From a virus (lineage: Duplodnaviria > Caudoviricetes): 62,379 bases of DNA. This document shows positions 35,205 through 43,355 of the stretch, piece after piece. Both the position numbers and the translations under genes were made by a program. The stretch's first letter is position 1. Each line of letters starts with the position of its first letter. The notes under the pieces were generated by a model. It worked only from the letters and a program-made list of their open reading frames with translations, made no database searches and had not been told where the DNA came from. The stretch is from IMG/VR virus record IMGVR_UViG_3300011415_000001, positions 1 to 62,379 of that record, one strand, 5' to 3'.

Positions 35205-35640
35205 GGCTCTCCTCCTCGTCGTGCTCGGCTGCGGCGAGCTCGTTCTCGAGCGCGTTGACGAACCAGAGGAACGACGGATCCTGATCGGTCCAAGTGCCCG
35301 GCGCCGGCAGAAAACCCTTCTTCAGCCAGCCGTACGCGCGCAGGGCAGCGCTGATCTCCGGCGACTGAAACGAGCTCGGGCAGCGGAGCATGAGCTTTCG
35401 CCCGTTGCCCTCGCATGCTGTGCAGGGCGAGCAGCCCTCAAGCCGCGAGCCGTTGCAGGTCGGACAGGTGATCGCGTAGCGTGGCTCAGACGCCGGAGCG
35501 TCGCAGCCGTACTTCTTCCGCACCTTCGCGATCGAGGGATCAAGATTCGGGCACGAGCCGGCGCTCCGCCCCCCGCACAGCTCAGGGCAGGCGGGGAGTC
35601 CCTCGGTCACGATGCCGCGGGCGACGGCGCGGATTTTTCC
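35194..35640 (-). CDS. Tail assembly chaperone GT extension (-1 frameshift product)
   Basis: -1 frame from slippery GGAAAAA: GKIRAVARG...LPAPGTWTDQDP; ends overlapping the TMP start. Confidence 0.75.
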   Translation of the reverse strand, partial: GKIRAVARGIVTEGLPACPELCGGRSAGSCPNLDPSIAKVRKKYGCDAPASEPRYAITCPTCNGSRLEGCSPCTACEGNGRKLMLRCPSSFQSPEISAALRAYGWLKKGFLPAPGTWTDQDPSFLWFVNALENELAAAEHDEEESRGG

Positions 35641-36002
35641 ACGTCCGATTCCTCCACTCCGTCTGAGAGCGCGGCGACTCCGAGTTCGGCCATCTGCCCC
35701 CACGAGAGGCGATCGAAGAACGCTTCGTCTCCATCGAACACGATCGCGGCTCCGGTGCTGTCGCGCAGCGGGTGATCCTTGTCCACTGCGACAAGATGCG
35801 CCTGCACAACCGCGAGGATGCGGGCATGGCGTCTTCGCTCTGCTCCGGCTCCACGATGCTCGTCGATGTCGTCGAAGATCGGGGCCTCGACATTCTTGGG
35901 CGGACGCTGCAAGTAGAACCACGTCTGCTCCTCCTCGGGCCGTTTGCGATCCTCGCGCAGCACGTACTTTCGCCGTCGTCTGGGATCGAGGGCGATCGCC
36001 AT
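35607..36002 (-). CDS. Tail assembly chaperone G
   Basis: Between tail tube and TMP; ends with the slippery site (VEKS). Confidence 0.8.
   Translation of the reverse strand: MAIALDPRRRRKYVLREDRKRPEEEQTWFYLQRPPKNVEAPIFDDIDEHRGAGAERRRHARILAVVQAHLVAVDKDHPLRDSTGAAIVFDGDEAFFDRLSWGQMAELGVAALSDGVEESDVEKSAPSPAAS
35634..35640 (-). other. Programmed -1 frameshift slippery site G GAA AAA
   Basis: Heptamer near the 3' end of chaperone G with an open -1 frame. Confidence 0.75.
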
Positions 36003-36016
36003 GTGTCAAGCTCCTA

Positions 36017-37510
36017 TCAGGGTGCGTCGATGTAGTAGGTGAGGACGATCTCGTTCTCGCCGCCGATCGAGGTCAGGGTATTGGAGGCGCCGAGCAGGTT
36101 GCCGAGCTCGCCGCCCGTGCAGATGAAGGGCATCTCGTCGGTCATGATCCCGTTGCGCTCGCCGCGATCGCCGCCCGAGAACTGGATGCCCGGCATCGTG
36201 AACTTGAAGCGGTTCGCGTCGACGGAGCCGACCGTCGCGCGCAGGCGCGAGATCGTCCCGTTCACGAACTTCTTCCGGTAGTTGACCGGGGTGTCGACAG
36301 TGAGTGTCGCCTCGGGATCGAATGTTCCCGAGCCCGCGCGCGTGGTCCCGGTGAACGCCTCGACGGCACCACCGGCAACGCCCGCGTGGATTCGGAGCTG
36401 AGGATCGTTGCCGAGATTGAAGGTGATTTTGCCGAGCTCCGGCTCGATCTCGCCGGTCGTCCCGTTGACCGTCTCGTCCGCAAAGCCCATAGCGGAATCC
36501 TCGAAGATCGGCGGCAGGCCGAACTGGTAGAGGATGCCCGTGAGCATCGTCGCGTCTTCGACGCCGGTCGCCTTGTCCATGATCCCGACGCCCGTGAAGG
36601 TCATCATCACGGGGCGATTCGCGAGCGCCTCGAACTCCCAGTTTCCGCGGAATCCGCGGATCGTCGTCGCCGTGCCGTCTTCGTAGAGGCGGAGCGAAGC
36701 GGTCGGCCAGATGAAAAAGGCTTCGCCGCTCGAGCCGCCGACGACTTCGGTGCCGGCCACGAGGTCGAGTCGCGAGAGCGTCTCGCCGTTCGTGAACGTG
36801 CCGCGAATCGGCTTGTAGAAGATCGTGGTGTCGGTCGCCACGACGGCCTTCCAGACCACGCCGCGCGCGTTGCTCGTGTTGCCCTTGAACGCGACGCCGA
36901 CGCCCCAGCCGCCGGTAGCCGAGGCGATCGTGATCTGTTTCACGACCTCCTTCCATGGATACCAGGAGTAGGCTCGCGCCGCGGTGCGCACGGACGGCGT
37001 CGCCGTCGCGCCGGTTGACCCACCAGTGAGCAGACCCGTCGCGTTCAGCGTTCCAGTGACGGGCTCGAGCAGGATCGAGGTCGCGCCGGTGAACGTGTCG
37101 TGCATGACGCGCGCCGTCGCGGACGACACAGCCTGGGTCACAAGTTCCCCATGCCGGAACGGCCCGCCGGTGATGGCGCCGATCGTCAGCTCGTCATTGA
37201 GTGGCCCGCGGCGCATTCCGCACGAGCGCAGGATGAGGTCCCACGCCGGGAGAGCCGTTGAGTCGACGATGCGCGTCCCACGCATCTCGGTCTTGAAACT
37301 CACGCGCCCCGTGACGAGCCCCGCCGCGTCCGCCGTCTTCGTCAGCGAGTCGTAGACGAAGTTCCGGACGATCATGTCGACGTTCGGACCGATCTTCGGG
37401 TCCTCGATGAGGAGCGTCGCGTTCGCGCCCGAGCCGATGCCGGCCGCCAGAGATCCGGCGGTCACTTCCTCGGCGATCACGAGCTGTTTGCGTTTGACTG
37501 TCAGCGGCAT
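36017..37510 (-). CDS. Major tail tube protein with an inserted tandem beta domain
   Basis: GRVSFKTEMRG...PAWDLILRSCG; G.W.F.A..N.P.M.FT..G; TFNLGN; G.R.GSGTFDPE; GERNGI. Confidence 0.82.
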   Translation of the reverse strand: MPLTVKRKQLVIAEEVTAGSLAAGIGSGANATLLIEDPKIGPNVDMIVRNFVYDSLTKTADAAGLVTGRVSFKTEMRGTRIVDSTALPAWDLILRSCGMRRGPLNDELTIGAITGGPFRHGELVTQAVSSATARVMHDTFTGATSILLEPVTGTLNATGLLTGGSTGATATPSVRTAARAYSWYPWKEVVKQITIASATGGWGVGVAFKGNTSNARGVVWKAVVATDTTIFYKPIRGTFTNGETLSRLDLVAGTEVVGGSSGEAFFIWPTASLRLYEDGTATTIRGFRGNWEFEALANRPVMMTFTGVGIMDKATGVEDATMLTGILYQFGLPPIFEDSAMGFADETVNGTTGEIEPELGKITFNLGNDPQLRIHAGVAGGAVEAFTGTTRAGSGTFDPEATLTVDTPVNYRKKFVNGTISRLRATVGSVDANRFKFTMPGIQFSGGDRGERNGIMTDEMPFICTGGELGNLLGASNTLTSIGGENEIVLTYYIDAP

Positions 37511-37520
37511 GGGTCTCTCC

Positions 37521-38000
37521 TCACGTCACCACGCTGGGATTGTCGTGGACATGTCGGTACTCGATCCGGTACTGCGCTCGGCAGATTGCGAGTGGCTGAG
37601 TCGTCTCTGCCTCGAAGACTTCCTGACTCGTGGCCGTCAGATAGGCGGCGAGCCCGTTCAGTTGCTTGTCCTGCTCGAAGCGCTGAGTGATGTCCGCGAG
37701 AAGCCAGCGGAGCTCGTTCTTCCAGGTCGTCGAGCCCGTCATCGTACGGAGGCCCGCCACGATCGAGAGCATCAGCGAATGACGAATCATCCCGGTCGTG
37801 TCGTCGAGCACCTGGTCGGACTCGGGGATCACGAGGGCAAAGGGCCCCGTCACGCTCCCAAGTGAGATCGCCGCGCCGTCGTAGACGCGCACCTCGCGGA
37901 GCGTATGGTGGTAGCCCGTGCCGTTGATGTCCGTCAGATCCGAGCGGACCTGATCGATCACACGCACCCCAACCGGTTCGCCGTCGTCGGGGTAGGCCAC
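37521..38000 (-). CDS. Tail terminator-like protein
   Basis: L..I...GYH..., D.QLNGLA, YRIEYRH...NP; position before the tube gene. Confidence 0.7.
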   Translation of the reverse strand: MAYPDDGEPVGVRVIDQVRSDLTDINGTGYHHTLREVRVYDGAAISLGSVTGPFALVIPESDQVLDDTTGMIRHSLMLSIVAGLRTMTGSTTWKNELRWLLADITQRFEQDKQLNGLAAYLTATSQEVFEAETTQPLAICRAQYRIEYRHVHDNPSVVT

Positions 38001-38351
38001 CTAGAGCGCCTCCTCGAGCTCGCACGAGACCTGGTATTGATCGCGGTGCGCGCGGTGAAAGGTGATCGAGGGCGGACCGACGAAGCGCACCTCGAATGCG
38101 GCGCTCCCGTCGATCGGCGTCCAGTCCATGCGCAAGACGCCGCCGAGAGACTCGTCCCAGAGCTCTCGGATCTGGAAGACCTCGGCGTCGGTCGCCTCCG
38201 GCCAGCGCAACGGAATGCGGCGCGTCGGCCGCTCGTAGATTTCCCGCGCGTCGACGAAACCCGAGGCGGAGTCCGACTGCAGCGCAGCCCGGTCGCTGTC
38301 GGTCTGGAGCGCGTACTTGAGGCCGTCCACAACGAAGGCGATTGCGGCCAC
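38001..38351 (-). CDS. Stand-alone gpM/Dit-like protein
   Basis: RPTRRIPLRW...IRELWDESLGGVLRMDWTP...VRF...QVSCELEEAL; parallels the C-terminus of 28779-31973. Confidence 0.6.
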   Translation of the reverse strand: MAAIAFVVDGLKYALQTDSDRAALQSDSASGFVDAREIYERPTRRIPLRWPEATDAEVFQIRELWDESLGGVLRMDWTPIDGSAAFEVRFVGPPSITFHRAHRDQYQVSCELEEAL

Positions 38352-39043
38352 TAGAACGCCTGGCCTTTCCCACTCGCGCGCGATTGCTGAGCTGCGCGCA
38401 CGGTGCGGATCGCTTTCGCGACCGAGGCCCGGAGCTCCTTCGCGCGCTCGGGCGCGCTCTGCTTCACGAGGTCGCGGAATCCGAGGCGCGGCTTCAGGCG
38501 CACGCTCGCCTTGAGGGCCCAGAGGTTCAGCACTTCCTTCCCAAAGAGGGGATTGAGCGGCTTGTAGCGGATGATCGGGACGCCGTGCATGACCTGGATC
38601 CAGACCCGATCGGGCTGTTGCTCGAAGAGCGCCTTCGCGGATGGGAAGCGCGGCACGCCCGCGGCCGTCAGGTTGTCCGGCAGAGGCAGTGTCAGGAACC
38701 GCTTCTTCGCGCGGATGACTCCGCCGTGCTCGTGGATCTTGATCCGACGCGCGGTCTCGGCATCGCCGACGTAGAGCGTCAGGCGCAGCCCCGCGATCGT
38801 GCTCGCCTTGGCGTTCTCGTAGCCGACGGTCGCGCGCAGTCCGCCCGAGCGCGACTTGAGGAGGTTCTCCGAGAGGTTCCGGTAGAAGGGCGGCCCGCCG
38901 ACCGGCGCCTTGAATCGATCGAACATCTTGCGCCGGTAGCTCTCGCCGATCCGGCCCATGCCGAAGCGCAGCTCCTTCGCCGCCTCGCGCGGGAAGCGGC
39001 GGATGAGGTCGGTCGCGCCCTTCGTGTCCCAGCGCAGGCTCAC
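38351..39043 (-). CDS. Neck/virion morphogenesis protein (HK97 gp10-like)
   Basis: GTG 39043; LKSRSGGLR...IHEHGGVIRAKKRFLTLPL...SVRLKPR. Confidence 0.7.
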   Translation of the reverse strand: MSLRWDTKGATDLIRRFPREAAKELRFGMGRIGESYRRKMFDRFKAPVGGPPFYRNLSENLLKSRSGGLRATVGYENAKASTIAGLRLTLYVGDAETARRIKIHEHGGVIRAKKRFLTLPLPDNLTAAGVPRFPSAKALFEQQPDRVWIQVMHGVPIIRYKPLNPLFGKEVLNLWALKASVRLKPRLGFRDLVKQSAPERAKELRASVAKAIRTVRAAQQSRASGKGQAF

Positions 39044-39648
39044 GCGGCCCTCCGATGCTGGGCGAGCACGTTCTCGACTTCCTTCAGGAGCCCGTACTGG
39101 CCCTCGAAGGATGTTCCGCCGCCCATCGGGACCGTGACGTTCCCGCCGAGCATGCCGCGGCGCTGCAAGAGGTAGATCACCTGTCGGTCCGCGGCGCCCG
39201 CGAGATCGGGCCAGGCCGTGATCAGGTTCGCCACCGTGGTGCCGAGACCGCCCGTGTACTTCACCCGGACGTAGCCCGGATCCGCGCGCGTCTCGAAGAG
39301 CAAGCGCAGCCACCCCGCAGCTTTGTTCAGGATGAAGCTCTGGGTGGTGATGAGCGAGAGCCCCGTCCCGGTGTCGGCCCCGTAGTCCACTGTGAACGTG
39401 GCCGCCCCGTCGATCGGCTTCGCATCGAGCGAGACGATCTTCGCGAAACGGCGCACCTCGTAGAGTTCCGTGCGCTCGACGCGCAGCGCGTGCAGCCCGA
39501 GGAATCGCACGAAGCGCGCCGACACGTCGCCGATCAGCGTCGCGATCAGGGCATCCAGATCGCCCGTGTCGATTGAAGGCGTGTAGAGCGCCTTCACTCG
39601 CTCGAGCGTCGTGAAGTCCTGGACCGAGAGCTGACCGTCGAGGTTCAT
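39040..39648 (-). CDS. Head-tail connector (adaptor)
   Basis: TTLERVK...D.LI..LI...S...VRVKYTGG...P.DL..A. Confidence 0.75.
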   Translation of the reverse strand: MNLDGQLSVQDFTTLERVKALYTPSIDTGDLDALIATLIGDVSARFVRFLGLHALRVERTELYEVRRFAKIVSLDAKPIDGAATFTVDYGADTGTGLSLITTQSFILNKAAGWLRLLFETRADPGYVRVKYTGGLGTTVANLITAWPDLAGAADRQVIYLLQRRGMLGGNVTVPMGGGTSFEGQYGLLKEVENVLAQHRRAA

Positions 39649-39866
39649 GCGGGCGCGACCACGCAATGCCCGGCAAAGGCCGGATTGTTCACGAGCTCGC
39701 CCGGCACCTCGTCTCCCTGCGAGTAGCTCTTGCCCTCGTGCAGGACGTGATCGCCTGCGCAGATGACGTAGCGCGCGGCGGGCTTTCGCACAGCGGGAAT
39801 CGGCGCCTTCACCGGCTCGCGGTGCACGCCTTCCTCGCGCGTCTGGTAGTCCTTCGGATTCTCCAT
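39645..39866 (-). CDS. Small head-associated protein
   Basis: HEGKSYSQGDEV motif typical of post-capsid genes. Confidence 0.6.
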   Translation of the reverse strand: MENPKDYQTREEGVHREPVKAPIPAVRKPAARYVICAGDHVLHEGKSYSQGDEVPGELVNNPAFAGHCVVAPA

Positions 39867-39868
39867 GC

Positions 39869-40288
39869 TCAACCTCGCGTCGCCTTCGGTAGGGTTTTCG
39901 GATCGACGCCGAGCCTCTCGGCCTTCGCCGTCGCGTTCGCCGCCTCGCGCGCGGGCTTTTCCTTTTCGCGCACGTCGTACTCGCGGATCTTCACCTTCAT
40001 GGATGCGTGCATCCGCAGGCTGAGGATGGCCACGGGCTTTCGGCCCTGCACTTCCGCCGCCTTCGCCGCCAGATCCTCCAGTCGCGTGAGCTCGGCTTCG
40101 TCGATCTCGGCCACGAGATGCGGCGTCAGCTCGACGATCCTCGCGAGCAGGGGGTGCGTCGCGTCCACGACTTCTCCGCCGCGCGCCCACAGGTGTTGGT
40201 TGTTTTCGGTGGGGACGCCTGGGAACACGAGCGCGCGCCCGGGCTTGACCCGGTAGAGCTTGCGCGCTTTGAGCTCTTGCTGTGCCAT
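39869..40288 (-). CDS. Hypothetical protein
   Basis: ORF track; RBS GAGG. Confidence 0.65.
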   Translation of the reverse strand: MAQQELKARKLYRVKPGRALVFPGVPTENNQHLWARGGEVVDATHPLLARIVELTPHLVAEIDEAELTRLEDLAAKAAEVQGRKPVAILSLRMHASMKVKIREYDVREKEKPAREAANATAKAERLGVDPKTLPKATRG

Positions 40289-40320
40289 CGCTTTGGTGCC
40301 TCGAAGCTGGAAAGAGGTTT

Positions 40321-40362
40321 AAGAAGTGGCGGGCCGTCGAGGGGTGCGCCCGGCGGCCCGCC
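40321..40362 (-). terminator. Intrinsic terminator after the capsid and decoration genes
   Basis: GGCGGGCCGCCG...CGACGGCCCGCC stem followed by ACTTCTT. Confidence 0.6.
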
Positions 40363-40384
40363 GGAATCACAGTTCAGAAGGGAA

Positions 40385-40849
40385 TCACTTCACGTCGAAC
40401 GCCAGAGCGACCACGTCGCCGGTGCCCGGGTTGAACAGGGCCGGAGTGAACGCGACCGTGTTCTTCGGGTTGTCGGGAATGACGCTCGCCCCGCAGGTGA
40501 ACGTTCCGCCGGTGCCGCCCGTGATCGAGATTTTCACGAAACGACCGGCGACAAGGGCGGAGCACTTGACGTGTCCGACCTTGAAGAGGTTGTCATCGCC
40601 GGTCGCGAAGGTGATCGTCGTTCCCGGGACGGCCGTGTAAGTGCCGGCCGCGGTCGCCGATTCCTTGACGACGAGCGTTGCCGTGCCCGAAGTCGCGGCG
40701 TTGACTCCGCCGTTGAATTCGAGCGTGAAGCCCTCCCAACCCTTCGTGTCGATGGCGTCGGAGAGGACTTCGGTGTCAGCGCCAACAGCTTGCGTGGTGA
40801 TCGCACGCGTGGGCGGCATGACTCGGGGGTCGACAGCAGTACCAACCAT
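40385..40849 (-). CDS. Capsid decoration/cement protein
   Basis: AIDTKGWE...LVVKES...YTAV...RFVKI; directly after the MCP. Confidence 0.7.
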   Translation of the reverse strand: MVGTAVDPRVMPPTRAITTQAVGADTEVLSDAIDTKGWEGFTLEFNGGVNAATSGTATLVVKESATAAGTYTAVPGTTITFATGDDNLFKVGHVKCSALVAGRFVKISITGGTGGTFTCGASVIPDNPKNTVAFTPALFNPGTGDVVALAFDVK

Positions 40850-40867
40850 GTGTTTGCTCCTTCCGCG

Positions 40868-42154
40868 TTAGAACGCGCTGAGGTCCTGGCCCGTGATGAC
40901 GCAGAAGGCGTTGGGCTGGAACACGCCGACGTCCATGTCGAGATAGGCGACGATGTGCGTCTGGCGCTTCTGCAAGGCGTCGTTCGCCACGTTGGACGCT
41001 TCGAGCATCATCGTCCCGAAGGTCGCGATGATCGATTGCCCGAAGTCTCCGAAGATCGTCTCCGCTTCCGTGCCGCTCGCGAGCAAGCTCGTCTGCACGT
41101 ACGGGTAGCCGAGGATCGTCTTCTGGTTCGCCTCGCCGATGATGTGGCGGTTGAACTCGCCGTGATCGGCGCTCGTCGCCTCGCTGCGAAGCCCGCGGAG
41201 CCAGCGAATCAGCTTGACGCACGTCGCCCACTTCGCGTTCGTCATCACCACGTCGTCGGTGACGAGAGCTTCCTCGACCTTGAGGAGAGCCAGGTATTGC
41301 GCGTAGACCTGCGCGTTCGTGACCGCGGCGCTGTTGCCGGCCTGGTTGTAGATGCCGAGCGGCTGGTCGTCGATGCCGGTGCCCTTGAGGTAGTACCGGT
41401 TCATCTGGATGGCGATCTCGCGCGCCATCATGTTTCGCAGGATGTTCTCCGCGCCCTGCCCGTAGGTGAAGAAGCGCCGGGACACCTTCGAGAACACTCC
41501 GACCACGTGGGGCCGAAGGCTCATCATTCCGAAGGTGGGTTCCGTCTCGGCGAGCGCTTCGTTCTCCTGCGCTCCACCCGCGGTGACGGTCGTCAGCTCA
41601 CGTGGAATCTCGATCGGGAAGGTCGAGAAGTTCTCCTGCTGCGCGCCGAGCTGCGAAGAAACGAGCTGGGGGCGCAGGAGCGGGATGAAGCGCTCCGTCA
41701 GAACCGCGCCCGGGACGAGGAACGCGCCACCGGCACCGGTGTCCGTCTCGTTTGCCGCGCGCGCTTCGTACTCGGTGTTCTTGTGGCCGGGAGCCTGCGC
41801 CATCTGGCGCGACATCTCCCACTCCATCGACGCATCGAAGGCGCGACCGTCGAAGGTCCCCTTCGTGCGCCCGGCGAGGAGCGAGGTGTAGACGTCCATG
41901 AACGAGAACTCTTTCCCGTCCGGCCGCTTTGCCTCGTCCGAGCCGGGCAACATGAACTTCGCGTTGCCCGCCTCGATCGCGTCCGTGCGCTTCTTCAGGT
42001 CGTCGAGACCCGCGCGCAGCTCGACCATCGCGTCATCGACGGTGACCATTCCAGCCCGCACGGCGGCCGTCAATCGCGCGTGCAACTGCTCCTCGAGCTC
42101 TTTGCGCTTTGCCTCGGTGGAGACCGGCGGCGCGCCATTGGCAAGTTTCACCAT
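40868..42154 (-). CDS. Major capsid protein, HK97 fold
   Basis: Start MVKLANG at 42154; GGAFLVP, KVSRRF, GTG..QPLGI, ILGYP, IFGDF, D.GV..P.AF. Confidence 0.92.
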   Translation of the reverse strand: MVKLANGAPPVSTEAKRKELEEQLHARLTAAVRAGMVTVDDAMVELRAGLDDLKKRTDAIEAGNAKFMLPGSDEAKRPDGKEFSFMDVYTSLLAGRTKGTFDGRAFDASMEWEMSRQMAQAPGHKNTEYEARAANETDTGAGGAFLVPGAVLTERFIPLLRPQLVSSQLGAQQENFSTFPIEIPRELTTVTAGGAQENEALAETEPTFGMMSLRPHVVGVFSKVSRRFFTYGQGAENILRNMMAREIAIQMNRYYLKGTGIDDQPLGIYNQAGNSAAVTNAQVYAQYLALLKVEEALVTDDVVMTNAKWATCVKLIRWLRGLRSEATSADHGEFNRHIIGEANQKTILGYPYVQTSLLASGTEAETIFGDFGQSIIATFGTMMLEASNVANDALQKRQTHIVAYLDMDVGVFQPNAFCVITGQDLSAF

Positions 42155-42155
42155 G

Positions 42156-43355
42156 TCAGGTTCCTTCTCCCTCGTTCGCAGTCGCCGATGGCGTGAGCGC
42201 GAGCGTCGCGTCCAGGTCTTCGGGGGTGCATCCGAGATACTCGGCGTAGAGGTCAACGAGACCTCCGCCGCGCTCCTCTTCCTCGGGGTCCGGCGCCTCA
42301 TCGGCGCTCGTGTTCTCATCGCGTGCGTCGGAGAGCACGGCCTCAACCGCGTCAAGCGTCGCTCGCACCGCGCTCATCTCCGCTTCGAGCTCGGCAATGC
42401 GCGCTTCGAGCGCTGCCTCGCGTTCGGTTTCCGCCATATCCTCGCTCCTCTCCAGCACTCCAGACGCCACGATCTGCGGCGCGTTGACGTGCTCGGCGCC
42501 CGACCTGAGCGTCCACGAGATCGCCGCTACGTCATTCGGGACCGTTCCGCTCGCGGTCACTTCCGCCGGCACCGCGCGCAGCTCATCGCCGACGAGCTCG
42601 AACGCGAATGGAAGGCCGGGGACTGGAACGACCGTCTTCGTGGGCACGCCGTAGACTCTCCCGCGCAATTCGTCCGCGAGTTCGCGGCGGAATTCGCCAG
42701 ATTCGATGCCGCGCATGAGCCGCGCATTGAACTCGGCGTAGCGCTGCGCGTTCGCGTCGGGGTCCATCCCGATCGGGACTGACGAGCCTTCGACGAGCAT
42801 GCATTCCTCAAAGACGCTCGACATCTCGCCGAGCTGAAACTTCTTCTTCTCCGCCTCCGTCTTTGGGAGCCGCGAAGCCTTGATGCGGAACCCGACGGAG
42901 AATCCCGGCATGAAGTTGCCAGCGACCATGGCATGGATGCCGTCGTTCCACTCGTTCATCCCGAGCGGGGTGAACTCGGCGTCGCCTGTCAGCGCGTTGA
43001 ATCGGCCGACCTTCGCGCTCTTGTCGAGATTGCCGATGCGGCCGAGCCAGGGCTTGATCTCATCGAGATTGTGTGCCCAGAGGAACGGACGTCCGCGCTG
43101 TTCAAACTCGGAGAAGTCCCATCCGGACTGGATGATGACGTCTTTGAAGTGGCCGACGCCCTTCTCGACGCTCATGACGTATGAGATGACGCGATCGCCG
43201 GCCCCGATCTCCCGCACTTTGCCGCTCTCGCGTCGCCAGATGATCTCCTGGTCGGCAAGAATCGCGGCGCGCTCCTCAACCGGCACGGCCGCGAGTTCCT
43301 CGAGCGTCAACAGATCGTTCGCCCACTTGCGGGCGATCTCGCGCAGTTCTGTCAC
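42156..43355 (-). CDS. Prohead protease (HK97-type) with a scaffold-like C-terminus
   Basis: DVIIQSGWD...FLWAHN...FSVGF...LVEGSSVPIGMDP. Confidence 0.85.
   Translation of the reverse strand: MTELREIARKWANDLLTLEELAAVPVEERAAILADQEIIWRRESGKVREIGAGDRVISYVMSVEKGVGHFKDVIIQSGWDFSEFEQRGRPFLWAHNLDEIKPWLGRIGNLDKSAKVGRFNALTGDAEFTPLGMNEWNDGIHAMVAGNFMPGFSVGFRIKASRLPKTEAEKKKFQLGEMSSVFEECMLVEGSSVPIGMDPDANAQRYAEFNARLMRGIESGEFRRELADELRGRVYGVPTKTVVPVPGLPFAFELVGDELRAVPAEVTASGTVPNDVAAISWTLRSGAEHVNAPQIVASGVLERSEDMAETEREAALEARIAELEAEMSAVRATLDAVEAVLSDARDENTSADEAPDPEEEERGGGLVDLYAEYLGCTPEDLDATLALTPSATANEGEGT

Noticed and set aside
23090-35258. Long plus-strand ORFs (675, 715, 1182, 445, 442 aa)
   Set aside because: Antisense shadows of high-GC tail genes, with no motifs and a composition typical of reverse frames
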